From Haemophilus parainfluenzae (lineage in GTDB: Bacteria > Pseudomonadota > Gammaproteobacteria > Enterobacterales > Pasteurellaceae), in contig CAUTFW010000005.1 in assembly GCA_963537955.1 (NCBI GenBank), forward strand, positions 12,118 to 76,117: a stretch of 64,000 bases of DNA, given 5' to 3'. How positions within the stretch are numbered: position 1 is the stretch's first letter; every line of letters starts with the position of its first letter. Positions 34,179 to 43,614 of this stretch are shown here, piece by piece. The position numbers and the translations under genes were made by a program. The notes under the pieces are model-generated. The model was not told the DNA's origin. It saw only the letters and a list, made by a program, of their open reading frames with translations, and did no database searches.

Positions 34179-35114
34179 ATGATGACAGAAATATGGCAAC
34201 TCTTCAGTGGTTTATTTATCGCCTTAATTTTTGCTTCCTCAGTAGGATATATTTTAAAACGTAGATCGGGCGTGGATACACCAAATAGCGTTATTGATAA
34301 CCTGAATGCTCGTATCAATGCTTGGTGGGTGATGATTGGCATTATCTTTATTGCGAGCTTATTGGGCTTTTATGGCGTGATTGGACTCTTTTTGATTATT
34401 TCATTTATGGGATTACGTGAGTTTCTTTCTCTATTGAATATTCGTCGAGGCGATCATCTTGCACTAGCAGCCTGTTTTTATGTGATCTTGCCATTGCAAT
34501 ATTTTTTAGTCGCCATTGATTGGTTTAGCATGTTCACGATTTTCATTCCAGTATATGGCTTCTTATTTTTACCGATTCTTTCGGCATTACTCGGCGATCC
34601 GGCACATTTCTTAGACCGTTCAACGAAAATTCAGTGGGCATTGATGATTAGTGTATTCTGTATTTCACATATCCCCGCTTTATTGACCCTTGATATCTCT
34701 GGTCATGAAGGAAAAAATCTTTTATTAATGATCTTCTTAATCTTGATAGTACAGTCAAGTGATGTGTTGCAATACGTTTGGGGTAAACTTTTTGGTAAGC
34801 ATAAAATTGCACCAACCTTATCGCCATCTAAAACGGTAGAAGGGTTTGTTGGTGGGGTATTAAGTGCAAGTTTATTAGGGATGTTGCTTCATTGGTTGAC
34901 ACCATTTAATGCATGGCAAGCCTTTTTAATGAGTCTATTAATTTGCTTAATGGGATTCTTAGGTGGACTCGTGATGTCAGCAATGAAACGCAGTATGGGT
35001 GTGAAAGACTGGGGGAATATGATTAGTGGCCATGGTGGTATTTTAGATCGTATGGATTCACTTTGTTTCTCTGCACCTATTTTCTTCCATGTGGTGCGCT
35101 ATTTCTGGGCCTAG
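34179..35114 (+). CDS. phosphatidate cytidylyltransferase family protein (CdsA paralogue, YnbB-like)
   Basis: C-terminal signature SAMKRSMGVKDWGNMISGHGGILDRMDS matches the CTP-transferase-1 pattern; polytopic. Start may be either of the two adjacent ATG codons. Confidence 0.85.
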   Translation: MMTEIWQLFSGLFIALIFASSVGYILKRRSGVDTPNSVIDNLNARINAWWVMIGIIFIASLLGFYGVIGLFLIISFMGLREFLSLLNIRRGDHLALAACFYVILPLQYFLVAIDWFSMFTIFIPVYGFLFLPILSALLGDPAHFLDRSTKIQWALMISVFCISHIPALLTLDISGHEGKNLLLMIFLILIVQSSDVLQYVWGKLFGKHKIAPTLSPSKTVEGFVGGVLSASLLGMLLHWLTPFNAWQAFLMSLLICLMGFLGGLVMSAMKRSMGVKDWGNMISGHGGILDRMDSLCFSAPIFFHVVRYFWA

Positions 35115-35134
35115 TTATAAATCATGAAATAAAA

Positions 35135-35160
35135 AAAGAGCGGTTAATTAACCGCTCTTT
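35135..35160. terminator. bidirectional terminator between the lipid cassette and alaA
   Basis: AAAGAGCGGTTAATTAACCGCTCTTT is a perfect palindrome flanked by A7 and T6. Confidence 0.85.
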
Positions 35161-35164
35161 TTTA

Positions 35165-36379
35165 TTATTGACGATAAGTCTCTAAGAATCGTGCCAATTT
35201 GCCAATGGCTTCTTCTAATTGACCGGTATAAGGAAGTGTCACCACACGGAAGTGATCCGGTGAGTGCCAGTTAAAGCCTTTACCATGCACAAGAAGTACT
35301 TTCTCTTTACGTAATAAATCGAGCACAAATTTTTCATCACTATGAATGTTGAATTTTTGGATATCGAGTTTCGGGAACATATACATCGCCCCCATTGGTT
35401 TTACGCAACTAATACCCGGGATTTCAGTCAGTAACTCATAGGCTTTATTGCGTTGTTCCAGCAAACGACCACCCGGTTGAACAAATTCATTAATACTTTG
35501 ATAGCCACCTAATGCGGTTTGAATGGCGTGCTGCATTGGTACGTTTGCACATAAACGCATAGACGCCAACATATCCAAGCCTTCAATATAGCCTTTAGCA
35601 TGTTGTTTCGGCCCATTTAAAATCATCCAACCTTGACGGAAGCCCGCAACACGATACGCTTTTGATAAGCCATTGAATGTAATGGTTAATACATCTGGGG
35701 CAAGAGCAGCAATATGATGGTGGACAGCACCATCGTAGAGAATTTTGTCATAAATTTCATCTGCAAAAATAATCAGATTATTTTCACGTGCAACTTGGAT
35801 AATTTCTTCAAGTAATTCTTTGCTATAAACCGCACCTGTTGGGTTATTCGGGTTGATCACGACGATAGCTTTAGTTTTGGCATTGACTTTTGCACGAATA
35901 TCATCAATAGCTGGGAACCAACCAGACTCTTCATCACATAAATAATGTACGGCATTTCCGCCTGCTAACGTCACAGCCGCTGTCCATAACGGATAGTCTG
36001 GCATTGGAACTAATACTTCATCACCATCATTGAGAAGGGCTTGCATGGACATGGTAATCAATTCAGATACACCATTCCCGATGTACACATCGTTTACTGT
36101 CGCATCATGAATACCTTTAGATTGATAGTATTGCACGATAGCCTTACGTGCCGAATATAACCCTTTGGAATCGCAATAACCTTGTGCAGAGGGGAGGTTG
36201 CGGATAACATCAACTAAAATTTCATCAGGCGCTTCAAAACCAAATGGGGCAGGGTTGCCGATATTAAGTTTTAAGATTTTGTTGCCTTCTTCTTCTAGGC
36301 GTAAAGCTTCTTTGTGAACCGGTCCACGAATATCGTAGCAAACGTGTTCTAATTTGTCTGATTTCGGAAAAGATCTCAT
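35165..36379 (-). CDS. alaA: glutamate-pyruvate aminotransferase AlaA
   Basis: Strong match to AlaA (KLEHVCYDIRGPV, LKLNIGNPAPFGF) with PLP lysine in LSKAYRVAGFR. Start trimmed to MRSFPKSDK with an AGGA RBS. Confidence 0.9.
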   Translation of the reverse strand: MRSFPKSDKLEHVCYDIRGPVHKEALRLEEEGNKILKLNIGNPAPFGFEAPDEILVDVIRNLPSAQGYCDSKGLYSARKAIVQYYQSKGIHDATVNDVYIGNGVSELITMSMQALLNDGDEVLVPMPDYPLWTAAVTLAGGNAVHYLCDEESGWFPAIDDIRAKVNAKTKAIVVINPNNPTGAVYSKELLEEIIQVARENNLIIFADEIYDKILYDGAVHHHIAALAPDVLTITFNGLSKAYRVAGFRQGWMILNGPKQHAKGYIEGLDMLASMRLCANVPMQHAIQTALGGYQSINEFVQPGGRLLEQRNKAYELLTEIPGISCVKPMGAMYMFPKLDIQKFNIHSDEKFVLDLLRKEKVLLVHGKGFNWHSPDHFRVVTLPYTGQLEEAIGKLARFLETYRQ

Positions 36380-36533
36380 TAGTAACATCCTATGATAATT
36401 AGATTTTCATTCAAAAATTATGTCTAATTTACGCTTAAATTCTTATCTTGAAAAGATTTAATAAAAAAATTTTTTGAATGTATTAAAGTGCGGTAGAATA
36501 TGGGCTAATTTTTTGTGTGTTTTATTATTTTTC

Positions 36534-37814
36534 ATGGGCCCTTTAGAACAAGCTAAATCTGAGCTAATTCGCCAGTTTGAAACCTTGGCGACAACTGATC
36601 AGCAACCTGCTATTGCACGTCTTCAGACGAAGATGAAATTGGGTGTTGATCTTTTGGCATGGATGAAAGGGCAACTTGTTTATCCACAATTTTATTTACG
36701 TTTTCGTGATGAAGATAAAACCGTCGCAGCGGTGGGAAAAGTGCGGTCATTTTCAGATGTGAATTTGGCACAGCAATTTATTCAAGAGCACGATTTCCCT
36801 TTAGTCGGTGGTTTACAGTTCCAAGGTGAAAGTCAATTTATTTTGCCTCAAGTTTTAATTGAACAGCAAAATGGTGAGACAGTCGTTTCTGTTTTTGTTG
36901 AAACAAATGAGCTTGATTCAGCAAAAGCGGTGTTGAATTCATTCGAAAAAACGACCTCACTTTTACCACTTAATCAATTAACCATCGAAAGCATGGTGCC
37001 AAAAGCAAACCAAGAAACGTGGTGTGATTGGGTCAATCAAGCACTCGCTCGTATTCGACAAGGTGAATTAACCAAGCTTGTGTTAGCAAATGAAACCGTG
37101 TTTGGTCTTCAGCGTGAGTTAAACGGAAAAGATTTTCTTGCAGTAAGCCAAGCAAAAAATAGTGGTTGTTACCATTTTTTATGGGCAAATAATGCTGAAA
37201 ACTGTTTTGTAGGATCGACACCTGAACGCTTATTCGCTCGAGATGATCGTCAGTTATTTACGGAGGCGCTTGCGGGCACTGCACCTGTTAGTGATAATCC
37301 AAGTGAAAATAATGAACGTGCGAATTGGTTATTAAATGATGAAAAAAACCTCAATGAAAACTGGTTGGTGGTTGAAGATATTTTACAAAATATCAGTCAC
37401 TTAGTGGAACAAATTACCGTTGATGATGTCGCATTAAAGTCATTACGCAAAGTGCAGCATTTGATTCGAAAAATGCAAGCAAAATTGACCGCACTTTGTA
37501 CGGATGCAGATTTGTTGAAAGCGATTCATCCAACGGCCGCAGTGTCAGGTTTACCGCAGCAACAAGCGAAGAAAGCGCTGGCTGAAATTGAAACTTTTGA
37601 TCGTAGTTGGTATGCCGGAACATTAGGCGTGATGAGCCAACATCTTTCAGAATTTTGTGTTACCATTCGCTCGGCTTTTATTGAAGAAAATCAAGTGCGT
37701 GTATTTGCTGGCGCGGGGATTGTAGAAGGCTCACAACCTGTAGAAGAGTGGTTAGAAATTGAACGTAAAGCGGCAGGGCTGATTTCCCTGTTTGCAGAGA
37801 ATAACGGAGAATAA
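36534..37814 (+). CDS. menF: isochorismate synthase (menaquinone-specific)
   Basis: Chorismate-binding C-terminal domain (GAGIVEGSQPVEEWLEIERK); upstream of menD. Start trimmed to ATG 36534 (MGPLEQAK). Confidence 0.88.
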   Translation: MGPLEQAKSELIRQFETLATTDQQPAIARLQTKMKLGVDLLAWMKGQLVYPQFYLRFRDEDKTVAAVGKVRSFSDVNLAQQFIQEHDFPLVGGLQFQGESQFILPQVLIEQQNGETVVSVFVETNELDSAKAVLNSFEKTTSLLPLNQLTIESMVPKANQETWCDWVNQALARIRQGELTKLVLANETVFGLQRELNGKDFLAVSQAKNSGCYHFLWANNAENCFVGSTPERLFARDDRQLFTEALAGTAPVSDNPSENNERANWLLNDEKNLNENWLVVEDILQNISHLVEQITVDDVALKSLRKVQHLIRKMQAKLTALCTDADLLKAIHPTAAVSGLPQQQAKKALAEIETFDRSWYAGTLGVMSQHLSEFCVTIRSAFIEENQVRVFAGAGIVEGSQPVEEWLEIERKAAGLISLFAENNGE

Positions 37815-37819
37815 GAAGA

Positions 37820-39526
37820 ATGTCTGTAAGCGTATTTAATCGTTGTTGGTCAAAGGTGATCTTAGAAACCTTGGTTCGCCAAGGCGTGAGTCACTTTTGT
37901 ATTGCGCCTGGTTCACGCTCAACACCTTTAACGCTAGAAGCTGTGCGTTTACAAAATGCTTCTCGTGCAACGTGCCATAGTCACTTTGATGAACGTGGTT
38001 TAGGCTTTTTTGCGTTGGGGATTGCAAAATCTACCCAAGCACCTGTTGCCGTGATTGTCACCTCGGGCACCGCAGCAGCAAATTTATATCCAGCAATTAT
38101 CGAAGCTCGTCAAACAGGCGTGAATTTAATTATTCTTACTGCTGATCGTCCACCTGAATTGTGGGAATGTGGGGCGAATCAAGCTATCGTGCAACAAAAT
38201 ATGTTTGCAGATTACCCAGTGGCAAGTGTCAATCTACCGAAACCTCAAGCCGATTATGTGGCAAAATGGTTAATTTCGACTTTAGAACAAGCTTGCTATA
38301 AACAAAAACAACAACCAGGTGTGGTACATATCAATGTGCCTTTTGCAGAGCCACTTTATAATGCCCAAGATCAAGAAATTGACGGTCATCCATGGTTAAT
38401 GCCAATTCAACGTTGGTTAAGCCAGCCTAAAAATTGGGTTGATCATCAACCATTACAGCAAGAAGTGTTGATGCACGAGAATTGGGATACTTGGCGTACG
38501 AAACGTGGTGTGATTGTAGCTGGACAATTAACGCCTGAACAAGCAATGGGCATTAACTCATGGGCAAATACCATGGGGTGGATTTTGCTGACGGATATTC
38601 AATCAGGTGTTGAGCCTCTAATGCCTTATGCGGATATTTGGCTAGCAAACCAAACAGTGAAGCAAAAACTACTTCAAGCTGATATTGTGATTCAATTTGG
38701 TTCCCGTTTTATCAGTAAACGAATTAACCAATTCTTAGCGGAATTCCAAGGCGAATTTTGGGTGGTGGAGCAAAGTCAAAATGCAGTTGATCCAAATCAC
38801 CATACGCAAACTCGCTTTAACGCCAAAGCGCATCATTGGTTGCGTGCACACCCGCCATTGCGTCAAAAGCCTTGGTTGCTCGAACCGCTTGCGCTTTCAA
38901 AATTCTGTGCAACCTTTATCGAACAACAAGTCGGTGGCAATCTGAACGAAGCCTCATTAGCCCATCATATTGAGCGTGTTTTACCTTACAACGGTATTTT
39001 GTTCTTAGGAAACAGTCTTTTTGTGCGTTTGGTTGATGCGTTAACTAAATTACCTGAAGGGTATCCGATTTTCACCAATCGTGGTGCAAGTGGGATTGAC
39101 GGCTTATTAGCAACAGCTGCAGGTATCGGTATCGGTGCCGATCAACCAGTGGTAGCAATGATTGGCGATACGTCCACACTTTATGATTTGAACTCTTTAG
39201 CCTTATTTAAGAATGTCACTCAACCGACTATTATTTTTGTGATTAACAATAATGGTGGCGCAATCTTTGATATGTTGCCGGTGGATGAAGAGGTGAAAGA
39301 GCAGTTCTATCGCTTGCCACATAATGGTGATTTCTCTCAAGTCGCCGCAATGTTTGGTTTAAAATATGCCTTGCCTTACACCTGGGCAGATTTAAGCTCC
39401 GTGTTAAAACAAGCTTATACTCGCCGCCGTGCGACATTAATTGAAATCAAAACAAACCCAAGTGATGGCAGCGCAACTTACAAACGTTTGATTGATCAAA
39501 TTAGTCATGCGGTGATAGGGGAGTAG
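37820..39526 (+). CDS. menD: SEPHCHC synthase
   Basis: ThDP-binding motif GDTSTLYDLNSL...NNNGG; 568 aa. Confidence 0.95.
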   Translation: MSVSVFNRCWSKVILETLVRQGVSHFCIAPGSRSTPLTLEAVRLQNASRATCHSHFDERGLGFFALGIAKSTQAPVAVIVTSGTAAANLYPAIIEARQTGVNLIILTADRPPELWECGANQAIVQQNMFADYPVASVNLPKPQADYVAKWLISTLEQACYKQKQQPGVVHINVPFAEPLYNAQDQEIDGHPWLMPIQRWLSQPKNWVDHQPLQQEVLMHENWDTWRTKRGVIVAGQLTPEQAMGINSWANTMGWILLTDIQSGVEPLMPYADIWLANQTVKQKLLQADIVIQFGSRFISKRINQFLAEFQGEFWVVEQSQNAVDPNHHTQTRFNAKAHHWLRAHPPLRQKPWLLEPLALSKFCATFIEQQVGGNLNEASLAHHIERVLPYNGILFLGNSLFVRLVDALTKLPEGYPIFTNRGASGIDGLLATAAGIGIGADQPVVAMIGDTSTLYDLNSLALFKNVTQPTIIFVINNNGGAIFDMLPVDEEVKEQFYRLPHNGDFSQVAAMFGLKYALPYTWADLSSVLKQAYTRRRATLIEIKTNPSDGSATYKRLIDQISHAVIGE

Positions 39527-39580
39527 TTAGCACCTTTATGCTAACTAAAATTCATTCATTTATAAATAAAGGAGATGAGT

Positions 39581-40078
39581 ATGCTTAAGAAACATGCTTA
39601 CAAAGCCATTTTTACTGCATTAGTAACGAGCCTATTAACGGGTTGTATCGCTTATGAGGAAAGCACCAAAATCACCATGAATGATGTGCGTAATATGGAT
39701 TATGGTAGCTATCCGAAAAATTACGAAAAAGCCATTCGCCAGCATTTAGCTCGTACTTTAATTGATCCTAATTCTTTAATGCTTGATGGCTTTAGTAAAC
39801 CAAAAAAATTCTTACGAATTACAAGCAGACGCTATGATGCAGAAACAGAAACTTATAGCCCTGCAGCTTTCTTAAAATACTACATTGTTTGCGCCAGAGT
39901 GAATGCGAAAAATAGCTATGGTGGCTATACAGGCTGGCAAGAACACATTTTTTATTTCCGTGATGGAAAAATTGTGAATTCAAGTGAATATGGTTTGATC
40001 GATGGTTGCAGTGACCCAAATGATATCGTTATAAATAATGAAACCTTTTCAGATGTGGATATTGTTGATAAGCCATAG
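39581..40078 (+). CDS. hypothetical lipoprotein
   Basis: Lipobox LLTGC after a basic and hydrophobic leader. ATG 39581 preferred because GGAG lies 6 nt upstream. No recognisable domain. Confidence 0.65.
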   Translation: MLKKHAYKAIFTALVTSLLTGCIAYEESTKITMNDVRNMDYGSYPKNYEKAIRQHLARTLIDPNSLMLDGFSKPKKFLRITSRRYDAETETYSPAAFLKYYIVCARVNAKNSYGGYTGWQEHIFYFRDGKIVNSSEYGLIDGCSDPNDIVINNETFSDVDIVDKP

Positions 40079-40126
40079 GGTTAATGAATTTTACTATATG
40101 GTCGGGCCCAACCCGACCTAAATTTT

Positions 40127-40888
40127 ATGTATTCCGTACAAATCATGACCAATCTTATCTTCCTTCACGGCTTACTTGGTACAAAATCGGACTGGCAAAA
40201 AGTCATCGAAAATCTACCGCACTTTCGTTGTCTCTCTCTCGATTTACCCTTTCATGGAGAGAATAAAGCTGTTGCCGTTGAAGATTTTGAGCAAACCGCT
40301 CAGTGCCTTGAAGAACAAATTCAACATCTCATAAAAAATGAGCCTTATATCTTAATTGGTTATTCACTTGGTGGACGAATCGCACAATATTATGCACTGC
40401 AGGCTCAAGTGCAAAGAGGCAATTTACAAGCAGTGATTTTAGAAGGGGCAAATTTAGGTTTATCGTCTGAGCAAGAAAAACAAAGCCGTCTAGTCAATGA
40501 CAACATGTGGGCTGAGCGTTTTTTTCATGAAAAGCCTGAAACCGTGCTCGAAGATTGGTATCAACAACCTGTTTTTTCTCATTTAAATGAACAGCAACGT
40601 AAGGCATTAATTGAAAAGCGAAAAGCCAATTGTGGACCAAATATTGGCCGAATGTTATTAGCTACTAGTCTTGCTAAACAGCCTGATTTTCGAGAGAAAG
40701 TGCGGTCAAGTTTGCTGCCATTTTTTTATTTTTGTGGTGAGCGAGATCAGAAGTTTCGTCAAATGGCTGAAGACAATCAACTCAATTTAACGCTTATTCC
40801 TGATGCTGGTCATAATGCACATTTAGAAAACCCGACATATTTTGCTAAAAAAATCGAAAATATCGTATTAAAAATTGCTCAACCTTAA
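40127..40888 (+). CDS. menH: SHCHC synthase (alpha/beta hydrolase)
   Basis: Nucleophile elbow GYSLGGR and a C-terminal His (DAGHNAH); men cluster context. The start could instead be ATG 40145. Confidence 0.82.
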   Translation: MYSVQIMTNLIFLHGLLGTKSDWQKVIENLPHFRCLSLDLPFHGENKAVAVEDFEQTAQCLEEQIQHLIKNEPYILIGYSLGGRIAQYYALQAQVQRGNLQAVILEGANLGLSSEQEKQSRLVNDNMWAERFFHEKPETVLEDWYQQPVFSHLNEQQRKALIEKRKANCGPNIGRMLLATSLAKQPDFREKVRSSLLPFFYFCGERDQKFRQMAEDNQLNLTLIPDAGHNAHLENPTYFAKKIENIVLKIAQP

Positions 40889-40941
40889 GAGAAATGCTAG
40901 GATTTAGCCCTTTCATTTTATTTGACTCTTAAGGAAGCAAA

Positions 40942-42258
40942 ATGTCCTCACAACTTCGTAATGATCCACTTAAGGTTGCTTTAGCCTCTATGGTGGGTAC
41001 CGCAATTGAATTCTTCGATTATTATATCTATGCCGCTGCGGCAGTATTAGTTTTTAACACGCAATTCTTCCATAGTGGTGATCCGCTTTCAGATGATTTG
41101 CTTTCTCTTTCGACATTAGCTTTAGCGTTCTTTGCTCGTCCAATTGGCTCCGCTTTATTTGGGCACTTTGGTGACAAGATTGGTCGTAAGAAAACCTTGG
41201 TCGCCTCTTTGGTTTTAATGGGCGGATCTACGGTCGTTATCGGTTTATTGCCGACTTATTCTCAAATTGGTATTTGGGCCCCGATTTTGTTATGTATTTG
41301 CCGAGTCGGTCAGGGGATTGGTCTTGGTGGTGAATGGGGCGGAGCTGCTTTAGTAGCAACAGAAAATGCGCCAGAAGGAAAACGTGCTTGGTATGGTACA
41401 TTCCCTCAATTAGGTGCGCCAATTGGTTTATTTGTCGCTAACGCGACCTTCTTCTTAGTGAGCTATTTCTGGGGGCAACAAGCCCTTGTTGAGTGGGCAT
41501 GGCGTATCCCGTTTGTTTCTTCTTTAGCCTTAGTTTTAGTTGGGTTGTATGTTCGTTTAACTTTACATGAGAGCCATGTCTTCGTTGAAGCGGAAGAAAA
41601 AGGGAAAAAATTAAAAGCACCGGTGAGTGTGGTTTTCACTAAACACTTTAAACCAATGGTGATTGGTACATTTATCATGGTGGCAACCTATTCCTTGTTC
41701 TATATTATGACCGCCTTTGCTCAAGCGTATTCTCGTACACCGGCAACCCTTTCAGAAGCGGGCTATCCTATGGGATTAGGCATTCCTGCCAATACCTTCA
41801 CGGGATTACTTTTAATGAGTGCGATCGTTTTTGCGATTTTTATCAGCATTTCAGGTCTTTATGCCGATAAAATCGGTCGTCGTAAATGGTTGATTTGGAC
41901 AACAGTCAGTATTTTAATCTTTGCATTATGTATGCCATTATTCCTTGGAAACGGTACACCAGCTTCTGTATTTGCTTTCTTAGTAATTGGTATGGCATTA
42001 ATGGGTATGACATTTGGCCCAATGGCAGCGTTATTACCTGAATTATTCCCAACGGAAGTACGTTATTCTGGTGCTTCTTTAGCCTACAATATTGCATCGA
42101 TTATCGGGGCCACTATTGCGGCAATGATTTCATTAAAAATCAATGCACTTTATGGCTTAATGGGTGTAGGGATTTATTTAGCCATTAATGCATTCTTAAC
42201 CTTGTTAGCATTATTAGCCTCAAAAGAAACGAAAAACGTCGATTTAACGCAAATCTAG
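40942..42258 (+). CDS. MFS metabolite:H+ symporter (MHS family, YhjE/ShiA/ProP-like)
   Basis: 12-TM protein with FGHFGDKIGRKKTL loop 2-3 motif; substrate not inferable. Confidence 0.85.
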   Translation: MSSQLRNDPLKVALASMVGTAIEFFDYYIYAAAAVLVFNTQFFHSGDPLSDDLLSLSTLALAFFARPIGSALFGHFGDKIGRKKTLVASLVLMGGSTVVIGLLPTYSQIGIWAPILLCICRVGQGIGLGGEWGGAALVATENAPEGKRAWYGTFPQLGAPIGLFVANATFFLVSYFWGQQALVEWAWRIPFVSSLALVLVGLYVRLTLHESHVFVEAEEKGKKLKAPVSVVFTKHFKPMVIGTFIMVATYSLFYIMTAFAQAYSRTPATLSEAGYPMGLGIPANTFTGLLLMSAIVFAIFISISGLYADKIGRRKWLIWTTVSILIFALCMPLFLGNGTPASVFAFLVIGMALMGMTFGPMAALLPELFPTEVRYSGASLAYNIASIIGATIAAMISLKINALYGLMGVGIYLAINAFLTLLALLASKETKNVDLTQI

Positions 42259-42274
42259 TGATAAATTGATAATG

Positions 42275-42307
42275 AAAAAGCTGATGTAAATTACATCAGC
42301 TTTTTTT
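42275..42307. terminator. bidirectional terminator between the MFS gene and the metE-like gene
   Basis: AAAAAGCTGATGTAA-a-TTACATCAGCTTTTT followed by a T-run. Confidence 0.8.
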
Positions 42308-42410
42308 ATTTGTTGAAAGGAAGCAGTAAAAAAGAGCGTATTGCTACGCACTCAGATTATAAAAGTGCGGTTAAAAAACAGTGTGTTTTTAACATCAGAT
42401 ATGAAAAGAA

Positions 42411-43505
42411 TTAATCTTCACCCCATACTTCTTTGGCAATTTCTTCAACATAACGGACTTTTGCCCATTGCTGTGCTTCCGTCATGATATTTCCTTCTTC
42501 AGTTGACGCAAAACCACATTGTGGGCTTAAGCAAAGCTGTTCAAGTGGAACATATTTAGTTGCTTCTTCAATGCGAGCTTTAATAGCCGCTTTATCTTCT
42601 AATTCAGGGAATTTTGAACTGATTAAGCCTAATACAATACGACCTTTGTGTGGATTATTAGCAAAGTGTTTTAATGGTTCAAACCCACCAGAACGCTCAT
42701 CATCATATTCAAGGAAATAGCCATCGTATTGGGTTTGACCAAATAACGCATCCGCAATTGGGTCGTATGCGCCGGTTAGTAAATAAGTTGAACGGAAGTT
42801 GCCACGACAAACGTGCGTTGTGATAACCATATCTGCTGGTTTAGCGGCTAATACAACTTGAATATTTTCAAGCGCCTGTGCTTTATCTGCTTCAAATTCT
42901 GGTTTTAGGTGATTGTTACAGAGTGAACCCCAATACACATCATCAAGTTGTAAATAACGGCAACCTGCATCATAGAAGGCTTTGATCGCATCTTTATAAG
43001 CTTGTTGAACATCTTTGGCAAATTCTGCACGTGTCGTATAAACGCCCGTATCCCATTGAATTGGATACATTAATTGGTTTGGACTAGGGATGGTATATTT
43101 TACGACGCCACGATCCCCAACAATGTCTTTTAATTTTTTGAAATGTTCGATAAATGGATGGTTTGGATTCCAAGATACTTTACCGCAGCAACGTGTATTG
43201 TAAGGTTTGGTTTCCACACCATTAAATTTATAACCATGTTCAGGGTGATAACCTTCAATACCATTTAGGTTTTCTAAGAAATCGATGTGCCAAAACGCAC
43301 GGCGATATTCCCCATCAGTGATGACTTGAATACCTGCATCTAACTGTGCTTGTACTAATTTAGCAATTTCTTGATCTTCAACTTCCGTTAATTGTTCACG
43401 AGAAAGTTCGCCAGCTGCAAATTTTGCACGAGCTTCTTTTAAAGGTTGAGAACGTAAATATGAGCCCACAGTATCAGCGTGGAAGGGGAGTGTTTTTGAT
43501 GTCAT
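42411..43505 (-). CDS. stand-alone cobalamin-independent methionine-synthase-like (MetE C-terminal domain, YxjG/YxjH-like) protein
   Basis: 364 aa, UROD/MetE-like fold with zinc ligand regions THVCRGN and SPQCGFAS. Confidence 0.82.
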   Translation of the reverse strand: MTSKTLPFHADTVGSYLRSQPLKEARAKFAAGELSREQLTEVEDQEIAKLVQAQLDAGIQVITDGEYRRAFWHIDFLENLNGIEGYHPEHGYKFNGVETKPYNTRCCGKVSWNPNHPFIEHFKKLKDIVGDRGVVKYTIPSPNQLMYPIQWDTGVYTTRAEFAKDVQQAYKDAIKAFYDAGCRYLQLDDVYWGSLCNNHLKPEFEADKAQALENIQVVLAAKPADMVITTHVCRGNFRSTYLLTGAYDPIADALFGQTQYDGYFLEYDDERSGGFEPLKHFANNPHKGRIVLGLISSKFPELEDKAAIKARIEEATKYVPLEQLCLSPQCGFASTEEGNIMTEAQQWAKVRYVEEIAKEVWGED

Positions 43506-43614
43506 GTTTATATCCTTCTTTTAATTTTAGTATGCTGATTTTAACGTAAGGATATTTCATGATCAAAGTAATGATTTTTTCATTCATGATGAAAATAATT
43601 AATGCAGAGAAAGA

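Noticed and set aside
40084-40266. 60-aa ORF overlapping the start of menH in another frame.
   Set aside because: The menH frame gives a complete alpha/beta hydrolase. The short ORF has no support.
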